Source: Antedon mediterranea (taxonomy: Eukaryota; Animalia; Echinodermata). From it: DNA of 64,000 bases. Positions 38,401 to 48,735 of this stretch are shown piece after piece. The notes under the pieces were generated by a model that was not told where the DNA came from, did no database searches, and saw only the letters and a program-made list of their open reading frames with translations. A program made the translations under genes and the position numbers. Location of the stretch: NCBI RefSeq assembly GCF_964355755.1, contig NC_092672.1, positions 186,001 through 250,000 on the forward strand, given 5' to 3'. Position 1 is the stretch's first letter. Each line of letters opens with the position of its first letter.

Positions 38401-41400
38401 GGGTCCAGAACCAATGCCAACAAAGGTAATAATATGTAAAATATATATGATACAATGGGGACGAGTCCCATTTATACAGGGTCCAGAACCAATGCCAACA
38501 AAGGTAATAATATGTAAAATATATATGATACAATGGGGACGAGTCCCATTTATACAGGGCCCAGAACCAATGCCAACAAAGGTAATAATATGTAAAATAT
38601 ATATGATACAATGGGGACGAGTCCCATTTATACAGGGTCCAGAACCAATGCCAACAAAGGTAATAATATGTAAAATATATATGATACAATGGGGACGAGT
38701 CCCATTTATACAGGGTCCAGAACCAATGCCAACAAAGGTAATAATATGTAAAATATATATGATACAATGGGGACGAGTCCCATTTATACAGGGCCCAGAA
38801 CCAATGCCAACAAAGGTAATAATATGTAAAATATATATGATGATCAGTTATATTATACTATTAAGCAGTTTTCAGAAAGTATATATTTTGATGTTTGAAT
38901 TCAATGTCATCATTTCAGGTTCCGGCTAGTCCACAAGTAAAGATGCCTTCTAGAAAAGAACTAACTCCTGAACAACAACTCGTACTACAACAACAATTGC
39001 TGCAACAACAGATGATGCAGCTCATGGCTCATCAGCAACAACAAATTCTAATGAGGTCAGTCTTTAGATCATTAATTAGTCTAAGGTCATTGGTTAGTCT
39101 AGGTTTATCATATGTTTTCAGACCATTTGCTGTGTACCATTGCACTTATAGAATACGTAGATATAAAATACAATTAAATTTGTTCATTTACTTTTTGTGT
39201 CACAGATCTTTTCAAATTCAACAACAGTTTGCACAGAAGGGTCAAATCCTGACCCCACAACAACAACAATTTCTCTTGCAACAACTGCTGTCTAAGATGC
39301 GGCAACATCAATATGTACTTCAGAAACAACAACAAGCACAGCAACACCCTGGCCAACAACCTCCTCCCCAATTACAGCGTCAAATCAGTGGAGCTGGTAG
39401 AGACCGCGCACTAACGCCTGAAGAATTAGCAAAAGGTATGAAGAAAGGTGATGAAGATGGTCCTATTATATCTGTATGGGGAAGTAGCCCCGGTGAAGAA
39501 GTCAAGAAAAGAAGAGAAGGTAAGTGATTTCAGTAAAAGTTTTTAGTAAAAAAAAAGTGTTTAATCCTATAAAGCAATCAATGAAAAAACCAAACTGAAT
39601 TACTAATCCACTTGTTTTAGGTAGAATTGAATTTGGTTCAATTTTGTCAATTCTAGGTCCAAGTGACAGCCAGGCTTGATTTCTGTTATCATAGACAGAC
39701 AGGTTTGAACATTTGTTAGTTAGGTACAGATCTGGAGAAAAACTTGACATAATGCATAATTTACATGTCGTTGCCAATCGAAAGTTAAGTTTTAAATATT
39801 TCTAGTATAACAATGAAAATATAAGTTTACAAAAATAATGCTGTATGTTTAAGATTATGAAATTGGTGTTTGGCAACCAGAGGGTGGAGCTTGTCAAGTC
39901 GGACGTCCTGGTTTTGGTAATGATAACTGGGAGGTTGGTGTATGGGATCCATCGGTTGGAGATCCAAACTTTGCTCTTAAGAAACAGATGATGAATGCAG
40001 CAGAAGGCTGGGATATTGGAGTCTGGGATCCGTCCAAACCACAGGAAAAAATATTAACTGAAGAAGTAAGAGAAATCTACAGTTTAGTATTTACAGAATG
40101 CTTTGCACATTGCAGCCCAATGCAGTGATAAATGACATGGACTGTAATGGACCAGAACACTGGTGTAACCTATACTCTTTCCAAAAGATAAATGACATGG
40201 ACTGTAATGGACCAGAACACTGGTGTAACCTATACTCTTTCCAAAAGATAAATGACATGGACTGTAATGGACCAGAACACTGGTGTAACCTATACTCTTT
40301 CCAAAAGATAAATGACATGGACTGTAATGGACCAGAACACTGGTGTAACCTATACTCTTTCCAAAAGATAAATGACATGGACTGTAATGGACCAGAACAC
40401 TGGTGTAACCTATACTCTTTCCAAAAGATGTACTGGGTTCTTTAAAGTGAACACAAATTAGATGTTGAAAAAGTCCTTGTTCTACCACCAGAACAAAATG
40501 TGCCTTGGACCTATGCCAATATTATGGCTGTGTTTTACAGTGCTCCTTTTTTGGTGTTTTTTAGGCTTTTAATGAAAGAATAAGAAAACTTTACTTTGAA
40601 ACTCAAGCTGCAGAAAGAATGCAAGCCTTAGCTAGGCAACAGGGTGATATCAAGTAAGTAATCAACAGTCGCATGCCTCTAGCATGTTGTTTTCGCACTT
40701 ATTTTGTAAGCCTTTGATTCGTGATAGATTTACATAAATTGTATGTGTTGGAGTATGTATTCTTTTTTATTCAACTAATGTGCTTACTGTTGCTTTAAAA
40801 GATTAAAAGAAGAACTTAAACGAAAAGAGGAGGAACTTAAAAAGCAACAAGAAGAACTGCAAAGAAGAGAGGATGAAATAAGGAGACAGGAGGAACAGAG
40901 AATTGAAGAAATGAGAAGACGTGAGGATGAAGAAAAAAGGCGGATAGAACAAAGACAACAACAAATTGTAAGTATTGTGTATTTCATGTAACATCACCAC
41001 TAAATACAAATCAGCTTTCCCGCATAATTAATTTACTATACTGCTATTTAATTTGACTTTTATTTGATCATTTAATATACAGAGACAAGAAGAATTATTA
41101 CGACAAAAAGAAGAAGCGAATCGACGAGTTGCTGAAGAAGAAAGAAAAAGGAAAGAACAAGAGATGTTGAGGCAACAGGAGAAAGATATGCAACAAAATG
41201 AGATGAAAAAGTAAGAGCAAAAAAGTTACTTAATTTGATCTCAATAGTTACTAGTTATAAGGAATTATTGTATTGGTTACTAAGATCTACTCTTTGACAT
41301 TCACAGGAATGAAATGATGAATCAAGAATTATTGCAAAGGCAACAAGAGCAAGTACTGAGGAGGTTGCAGCAGCAGCAGCAACGACAGCAGCAACAGCAG

Positions 41401-44400
41401 CAACAACAACAGCAGCAGCAGCAACAACAGTCAGATCCAGTGAAAGTAAGCAGACTCGTACTTTAAACCCATTACAGAATTATTATCCATATATACACAC
41501 AAGAAGCATAGTTTATAATAAATTAGCATAACAATTCTGGGTTTTTACAATATTGATGTAATTGAAATGTACTAGTGGTGAAACATGTGATTATTTTGTA
41601 CACAGTTACCATCTACTGCTATGTGGGGCCAAGTGACCACCAGTGTACCAACAACTAGCAATAACAGTAGTTCACAAACAAGCCCAAGCTTATCTCAAAT
41701 ACAGAACCTACAGGCACAGCAGGAGGAGCGTGATAGACATGAGGTATACTTTTTCTTTTCTTATTTTTAATAATTTAATTCAGAATTCTAATGTAGTTTC
41801 AATAGATATTTGTATTAATTAAGTATTAACTAATCTTGTTTTTTTTTTATATAGAAACAACGACGAATGCAAGCTCAGTTACAAGAACAGCAGCAGCAGA
41901 ACAGAGCAGGAGGATGGGCTGCTAAAGTGTCAAGGTAAATATTACAATGCGAGATTCGAAGTTGCTGTAGAAAGAGCATTTTCTATGTTGGGCTGCTGAG
42001 TCGAAGCTGCTTAATATGTAGAAAGAGCATTTTCTATGTTGGGCTGCTGAGTCGAAGCTGCTTAATATGTAGAAAGAGCATTTTCTATGTTGGGCTGCTG
42101 AGTCGAAGCTGCTTAATATGTAGAAAGAGCATTTTCTATGTGGGGCTGCTGAGTCGAAGCTGCTTAATATGTAGAAAGAGCATTTTCTATGTTGGGCTGC
42201 TGAGTCGAAGCTGCTTAATATGTAGAAAGAGCATTTTCTATGTGGGGCTGCTGAGTCGAAGCTGCTTAATATGTAGAAAGAGCATTTTCTATGTGGGGCT
42301 GCTGAGTCGAAGCTGCTTAATATGTAGAAAGAGCCTTTTCTATGTGGGGCTGCTGAGTCGAAGCTGCTTAATATGTAGAAAGAGCATTTTCTATGTGGGG
42401 CTGCTGAGTCGAAGCTGCTTAATATGTAGAAAGAGCATTTTCTATGTGGGGCTGCTGAGTCGAAGCTGCTTAATATGTAGAAAGAGCATTTTCTATGTGG
42501 GGCTGCTGAGTCGAAGCTGCTTAATATGTAGAAAGAGCATTTTCTATGTTGGGCTGCTGAGTCGAAGCTGCTTAATATGTAGAAAGAGCATTTTCTATGT
42601 TGGGCTGCTGAGTCGAAGCTGCTTAATATGTAGAAAGAGCATTTTCTATGTGGGGCTGCTGAGTCGAAGCTGCTTAATATGTAGAAAGAGCATTTTCTAT
42701 GTTGGGCTGCTGAGTCGAAGCTGCTTAATATGTAGAAAGAGCATTTTCTATGTGGGGCTGCTGAGTCGAAGCTGCTTAATATGTAGAAAGAGCATTTTCT
42801 ATGTGGGGCTGCTGAGTCGAAGCTGCTTAATATGTAGAAAGAGCCTTTTCTATGTGGGGCTGCTGAGTCGAAGCTGCTTAATATGTAGAAAGAGCATTTT
42901 CTATGTGGGGCTGCTGAGTCGAAGCTGCTTAATATGTAGAAAGAGCATTTTCTATGTTGGGCTGCTGAGTCGAAGCTGCTTAATATGTAGAAAGAGCATT
43001 TTCTATGTTGGGCTGCTGAGTCGAAGCTGCTTAATATGTAGAAAGAGCATTTTCTATGTTGGGCTGCTGAGTCGAAGCTGCTTAATATGTAGAAAGAGCA
43101 TTTTCTATGTGGGGCTGCTGAGTCGAAGCTGCTTAATATGTAGAAAGAGCATTTTCTATGTGGGGCTGCTGAGTCGAAGCTGCTTAATATGTAGAAAGAG
43201 CATTTTCTATGTGGGGCTGCTGAGTCGAAGCTGCTTAATATGTAGAAAGAGCATTTTCTATGTTGGGCTGCTGAGTCGAAGCTGCTTAATATGTAGAAAG
43301 AGCATTTTCTATGTGGGGCTGCTGAGTCGAAGCTGCTTAATATGTAGAAAGAGCCTTTTCTATGTGGGGCTGCTGAGTCGAAGCTGCTTAATATGTAGAA
43401 AGAGCCTTTTCTATGTGGGGCTGCTGAGTCGAAGCTGCTTAATATGTAGAAAGAGCATTTTCTATGTGGGGCTGCTGAGTCAAAGCTGCTTAATATGTAG
43501 AAAGAGCATTTTCTATGTTGGGCTGCTGAGTCGAAGCTGCTTAATATGTAGAAAGAGCATTTTCTATGTTGGGCTGCTGAGTCGAAGCTGCTTAATATGT
43601 AGAAAGAGCATTTTCTATGTTGGGCTGCTGAGTCGAAGCTGCTTAATATGTAGAAAGAGCATTTTCTATGTTGGGCTGCTGAGTCGAAGCTGCTTAATAT
43701 GTAGAAAGAGCATTTTCTATGTTGGGCTACTGAAGTGTCAATAGAACCATTACTACAATTAATAGAATACTTCATTATCCGTTTTTCCTCATATTTGATT
43801 TAAATCAAACAGTAATGTGAATGGCAAAGGAAGTACAAAATCTTTACGTGAGATTCAAGAGGAACAGTCAAGACAGCAGAAGCACAAGACTACTGACCCT
43901 TCTCAATCAAAATCACAACCAGTGAGTATGATACACTAATACAATCAAACATAGTATACTCTATACTTCTCTAACAAAACATTTCAATCTTCCAACCATT
44001 GATTTGGAACAGCATTTTTAGGTTGTTTGTGCTTAGGCAAATTGTCCTATCATGGTCATACCACTTACAGTGTGGCAAGAAACATATCCAATTCTTTCCA
44101 TTCTTGCACAGAGTCTGCCATTGACATCAGCAGCAGTGTGGAGAGGCAATACACAAAACACATTGAGTTGGGGGTCTGGGTCTAGTGATCATACACTACT
44201 AACATGTGATGTTTAACCTTTAAACTCTTTCCATTCTTACACAGAGTCTGCCATTGACATCAGCAGCTGTATGGAGAGGCAATACACAAAACACATTGAG
44301 TTGGGGGTCTGGGTCTAGTGATCATACACTACTAACATGTGATGTTTAACCTTTAAACTCTTTCCATTCTTACACAGAGTCTGCCATTGACATCAGCAGC

Positions 44401-47400
44401 TGTATGGAGAGGCAATACACAAAACACATTGAGTTGGGGGTCTGGGTCTAGTGATCATACACTACTAACATGTGATGTTTAACCTTTAAACTCTTTCCAT
44501 TCTTACACAGAGTCTGCCATTGACATCAGCAGCAGTGTGGAGAGGCAATACACAAAACACATTGAGTTGGGGGTCTGGGTCTAGTGATCATACACTACTA
44601 ACATGTGATGTTTAACCTTTAAACTCTTTCCATTCTTGCACAGAGTCTGCCATTGACATCAGCAGCTGTGTGGAGAGGCAATACACAAAACACATTGAGT
44701 TGGGAATCTGGGTCTAGTGATCATACACTACTAACATGTGATGTTTAACATTTAAACTCTTTCCATTCTTACACAGAGTCTGCCATTGACATCAGCAGCT
44801 GTATGGAGAGGCAATACACAAAACACATTGAGTTGGGGGTCTGGGTCTAGTGATCATACACTACTAACATGTGATGTTTAACATTTAAACTCTTTCCATT
44901 CTTACACAGAGTCTGCCATTGACATCAGCAGCTGTATGGAGAGGCAATACACAAAACACATTGAGTTGGGGGTCTGGGTCTAGTGATCATACCCCTACTA
45001 ACATGTGATGTTTAACCTTTAAACTCTTTCCATTCTTACACAGAGTCTGCCATTGACATCAGCAGCAGTGTGGAGAGGCAATACACAAAACACATTGAGT
45101 TGGGGGTCTGGGTCTAGTGATAACAGCAATAATGTATGGGGATCATCATCTAATAGCAGCAATTCAGGAGGCTTCTGGGATGAATGTGCACGAGAGAGCC
45201 CTGTCATTCAAAAGCCTAAAGCAAGGTAACTATATTTATTCACAATACACAATATCTACAATAGAAATAGCATAGCTCAACTGGAGATTAATAAAATGAT
45301 TACAAAAGCCTATAGCAAGGTAAATGTATGTATTCACAATACCTGTATACAATATATCTTAGCTAGAAATAATAGCATAGCAGTCATACTAGAAGGTGGT
45401 TTGCATCTGATCTTTAACTTGCTTCTACCTTTGTAGTGACAGTCATTTTCCAACATTAAGGGCAACTGCACCAAATCCAAATGTAGCACAGCAGCAACAG
45501 CAACACACACAATCTAACTCAAAATCAAGGACGGCCAAGGAAGAGGTAATACCATTATTCTACATTTCAATGATAAAATGATGATGATGCTAATATTAAT
45601 AACCTGCATATATTGAGCTGCAGCGGTGGCGCCAGGATCTTTCCGACGTGGGGGGCTAAATTCCCCGACGGGGGCTGGGGAAAGGGGGCCCTCTGTGGGG
45701 GTCCAGAGGGCGAGGCCACCAGAAGCAACGCGTTATAGCGTAATTTGATGCCGTTTTAATCAGATTTAGGGTAGGCCTATAGCCAACTTTTTCCATTTTG
45801 TATGGTACATAAATAAAATATATGAATAGTATCATAAAACATACGCGAACGTAAAACCTACCCACGGGCCAAGAGGTATATCGTTTTAATCGCAGAGGCG
45901 TAGGCAGGTTGCTGTCTGGGGGTGCGAAAATTGTAAATGCGCGAGACTAACACCCATGGGCTAATCTGTAAGAACATTTTGAAAAAATAGAGCCTGCTAG
46001 GTCCCCGGAAATTGCAATTATACATTGATATAAAATGAAATTACAAGTCTATCTGAGAACCAGCCCACCGAGGTTGGGATGGAGCAGTTAAACAAAATAG
46101 AGTTGTTAGGTCCCCGGATATTGGATTATAGTATTTCGAAAAAAAGAAAAAAAATATATAAGTCTCCAGGACCAGTACTACCATTAGGGTTGAGCTGCTC
46201 AGAAAATTATGAAAAATAGACCTGCTAGGTACCTGGAAATTGCACTTATATAGGCCCTTATTGATAAATGAAACAAAATTATAAGTCTATACAGAACCAG
46301 CCCGCCATGGATGGTTGGGTGGAGCTAAGAAAATTGTCAAAAATAGAGCAGCTAGGTCCCTGCAAAACATTGAAATATGAAACGAAATTATAGGTCCAGC
46401 CCACCATGGTTGAGGTGTAAGAACATTTTGAAAAATAGAGTTGCTAGGTCTCGGAAATTTAACTTATTATACTTCGAAGCATAAAACAAAATATATACCG
46501 GTACGTCTCCAGAACCAGCCCTACCATGGATATAAAATAAAAATAAAATAAAATTGAAAAAATAGAGTTCTAGGTTCCCAGACAATGCACTGACTATATT
46601 GTACATCGAAATATGAAACGAAATGTATAAGTATCCATGACCAGCTCTATAATTGGGGACGGTTGAGCTAAGACAATTTTGAAACTAGAGCTTCAGGTCT
46701 TCAAAAATTACACTTATACTTTAAAAAAATTTAGGCCTAGAGGCCTAAAAAAGTGACCCTTTTTACCTTTTATTTGGAGGGGAATGCGTCCGCAAGCGTA
46801 GACCATTTTCCGTCTGGGAAATCAGTTTATTTCCCAGATGTGAATCTGGAACTTCGATGTACGATAAGCAGTTCATGACGTACAGGACATTGGAATAACT
46901 TAGCTTTAATAAGATGTTGGCTAAACGAAAATGGCATGTTTTTTGTTTAGTAATGTAGGCGAGCCTACAGTGAAACGTCTATTTTAGGTACCCCACAGTA
47001 CAGAGGGTTAATCGTAAATTAAAAAATTGAACATACGAACAATAAAATAGATCGCGAACATAATTCGTACCCTTTTCTGTATACATAGTACACAACGTAA
47101 CGCGTCTGTAAACTTCCCCTGGAAAGTAACTACAGTACACATTCTGGTCCGTGGATGGAACATGATATCACGCGTAAACCGCAATGGGCCGGGGCCCAAT
47201 GTTAAACGATTCGTACAAAGGGACACCGCCAGACATTAGATTAGATTGCTGGCAATAATGCATGCATATAAAGTGCAATAGCCCTCAGACGTACTTAATG
47301 GAACGTTGCGGTTTTCTAGAAGCTGAAGCTACGAAGTGAACACGAATGATTTTTACTGTATATTATATTCACTGACGAAAAGTACTGGCGTTCCCCGACG

Positions 47401-48735
47401 GGGGAGGCTAGGCTCCCCGACGAGGGTGCTACAGCCCCCCACCCCCCGCTGGCGCCACCACTGTTGAGCTGTATATTATTATTATAGTAATATTATTATT
47501 ATTATACTTATTTATGGATACTATTTTGTTTGTTCTTACAGGAGAATGTGAAGAGGCTTTTCCAAAGTAATATTGTCAGTGATGAGTTCACTGCATGGTG
47601 TGAGATGAGTTTACGTGGCATGTCTGCTTCTGTTGATAGTAAGTCACTTCTTCACTCTTTAATTTCTTATTTCAGTTTTACCAGTGATGCTTGTTTTTGG
47701 AATTCTGTCCCTCGACAAATTACTAAATCAACATCTATTGCTATTTTTAAAAAGAACTTAAAATGCATCTTTTTAACATCTAATACAAGCATATAAAGTT
47801 TGATAGTGTAGACTGAGCGTTAAATTGATAACTTTTGAATACTTGTTTTTTATTTTAGTACCAACTTTCATAACATTCTTGCAAGATGTAGACTCTCCAT
47901 ATGAGCTTCATGACTATGTTAAAATGTATCTTGGTGAATCTCGTGAAACAGCAGAGTTTGCCCGTCAGTTCTTAGAACGCCGTCAGAAAATGAGACAAAT
48001 GGTAAGTCCACGTCCATGTTAAAATGTATCTTGGTGAATCTCGTGAAACAGCAGAGTTCGCCTGTCAGTTCTTAGAACGCCGTCACAAAATGAGACAAAT
48101 GGTAAGTCCACGTCTATGTTAAAATTTATCTTGGTGAATCTCGTGAAACAGCAGAGTTTGCCCGTCAGTTCTTAGAACGCCGTCAGAAAATGAGACAAAT
48201 GGTAAGTCCACGTCTATGTTAAAATTTATCTTGGTGAATCTCGTGAAACAGCAGAGTTTGCCCGTCAGTTCTTAGAACGCCGTCAGAAAATGAGACAAAT
48301 GGTAAGTCCACGTCTATGTTAAAATTTATCTTGGTGAATCTCGTGAAACAGCAGAGTTCGCCCGTCAGTTCTTAGAACGCCGTCAGAAAATGAGACAAAT
48401 GGTAAGTCCACGTCCAAGTCTGTTTTTACTATGATGTGGGAAAATGAGAAAACGTTTTGTTGTGCATTTTTTACCAAATTTTTGTTCAGATTTCCATATA
48501 AGGATATATTTATAAATTAAGAATTTACTTTTTTATTTAGGAAAATCCTTGGATGGTTCAAGGAAAGTCTTCTCAGATTACTTCTTATGGAGACTGGGAA
48601 TCGGATTCGATGAGAAAGTCTGTCGGAGGAAAGAAAAAGAAACGTTTCCAGACTTTAGACCCTAGCATCCTGGGCTTCAGCGTAAATCCTGCTGATAGGA
48701 TAAACATGGGTGAAATCCAAACCGTTGACGATTGA
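26455..48735 (+). CDS. GIGYF2: GRB10-interacting GYF protein (GIGYF1/2 orthologue; 4EHP- and DDX6-binding translational repressor)
   Basis: N-terminus MSETLNFGPQWLRALS, 4EHP-binding motif FRYGREEMLAL, DDX6/Me31B motif LPEW...FDSSGAF, GYF domain WYYKDPQGAVQGPF..WFGAGYF, Q-rich coiled coil, C-terminal LDPSILGFSVNPADRINMGEI. 22 phase-compatible exons: 26455-26727, 27107-27212, 27321-27429, 29729-29934, 30044-30282, 30473-30967, 31406-31720, 38919-39055, 39206-39519, 39854-40065, 40565-40653, 40802-40967, 41083-41210, 41307-41445, 41606-41743, 41855-41934, 43813-43921, 45044-45225, 45437-45545, 47542-47638, 47859-48001, 48541-48735. Confidence 0.93.
27580..27791. repeat. 110-bp intronic tandem duplication
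   Basis: gagaaggagtacaatgatg...tactaatagggt occurs twice, joined by tagggttag. Confidence 0.9.
27962..29253. mobile_element. Probable non-autonomous DNA transposon inserted into a tactgt(a/c)tg(t/g) microsatellite
   Basis: Imperfect TIRs (taggctcgcact / agtgctacccca), subterminal ttggc(g/t)aaa and tttagccattttg repeats at both ends; the same microsatellite flanks both sides (27858-27961, 29256-29292). TSD unclear. Confidence 0.55.
31670..38841 (+). repeat. 78-bp tandem array, 92 copies: last 51 nt of the GYF exon, splice donor and first 27 nt of the intron
   Basis: Unit caatggggacgagtcccatttatacaggg(t/c)ccagaaccaatgccaacaaag|gtaataatatgtaaaatatatatgata. First copy at 31670, last at 38765; one 75-bp copy near 34060. 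Confidence 0.97.
40127..40429. repeat. 60-bp intronic minisatellite, 5 identical copies
   Basis: gataaatgacatggactgtaatggaccagaacactggtgtaacctatactctttccaaaa repeated five times. Confidence 0.95.
41966..43741. repeat. 51-bp intronic minisatellite, 34 full copies plus a partial copy
   Basis: Unit tgtagaaagagc(a/c)ttttctatgt(t/g)gggctgctgagtcgaagctgcttaata; copies start from 41966 to 43700. Confidence 0.96.
44093..45121 (+). repeat. 133-bp tandem array, 8 copies: intron end with splice acceptor plus first 78 nt of a GIGYF exon
   Basis: cag|agtctgcc exon starts at 44112, 44245, 44378, 44511, 44644, 44777, 44910 and 45044; copies 2-8 are each preceded by TACTAAC and a pyrimidine tract. Confidence 0.95.
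45209..45380 (+). repeat. Diverged ~94-bp duplication of an exon end plus donor
   Basis: caaaagcctaaagcaag|gtaactatatttattcacaatac versus caaaagcctatagcaag|gtaaatgtatgtattcacaatac. Confidence 0.75.
45621..47463. mobile_element. Non-autonomous hAT-type DNA transposon in a GIGYF intron (same family as 22322-23905)
   Basis: TIRs cagcggtggcgccag / ctggcgccaccactg; perfect 8-bp TSD TTGAGCTG (45613-45620, 47464-47471); internal ~100-bp degenerate subrepeats. Confidence 0.9.
47915..48415 (+). repeat. 100-bp tandem array, 5 copies: exon end plus donor of the penultimate GIGYF exon
   Basis: gagacaaatg|gtaagtccacgtc donors at 48002, 48102, 48202, 48302 and 48402. Confidence 0.95.

Noticed and set aside
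31597-38767. Antisense 2368-aa and 981-aa repeat ORFs
   Set aside because: Any stop-free 3n repeat unit gives long ORFs; there is no independent sign of a gene.
31670-38841. CRISPR-like array (repeat with a small ggga-cgag-tccc hairpin)
   Set aside because: No unique spacers, no cas genes, eukaryotic context, and the unit is host exon/intron sequence.
31517-38929. 2470-aa ORF as a stand-alone giant repeat protein
   Set aside because: It begins inside a GIGYF exon and is read-through of the 78-bp donor array; full intron retention goes out of frame and stops at 38929.
40084-40488. ORFs over the 60-bp repeat, and similar ORFs over the 21-bp repeat at 50441-50646
   Set aside because: Artefacts of 3n minisatellites.
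41922-43775. 617-aa and 534-aa Cys-containing repeat ORFs
   Set aside because: Translations of the 51-bp intronic satellite; the flanking GIGYF exons join in phase without them.
44112-45043. Dscam-like mutually exclusive exon cluster
   Set aside because: Copies 1-7 are partial exons with no convincing donor, run into stops and are nearly identical.
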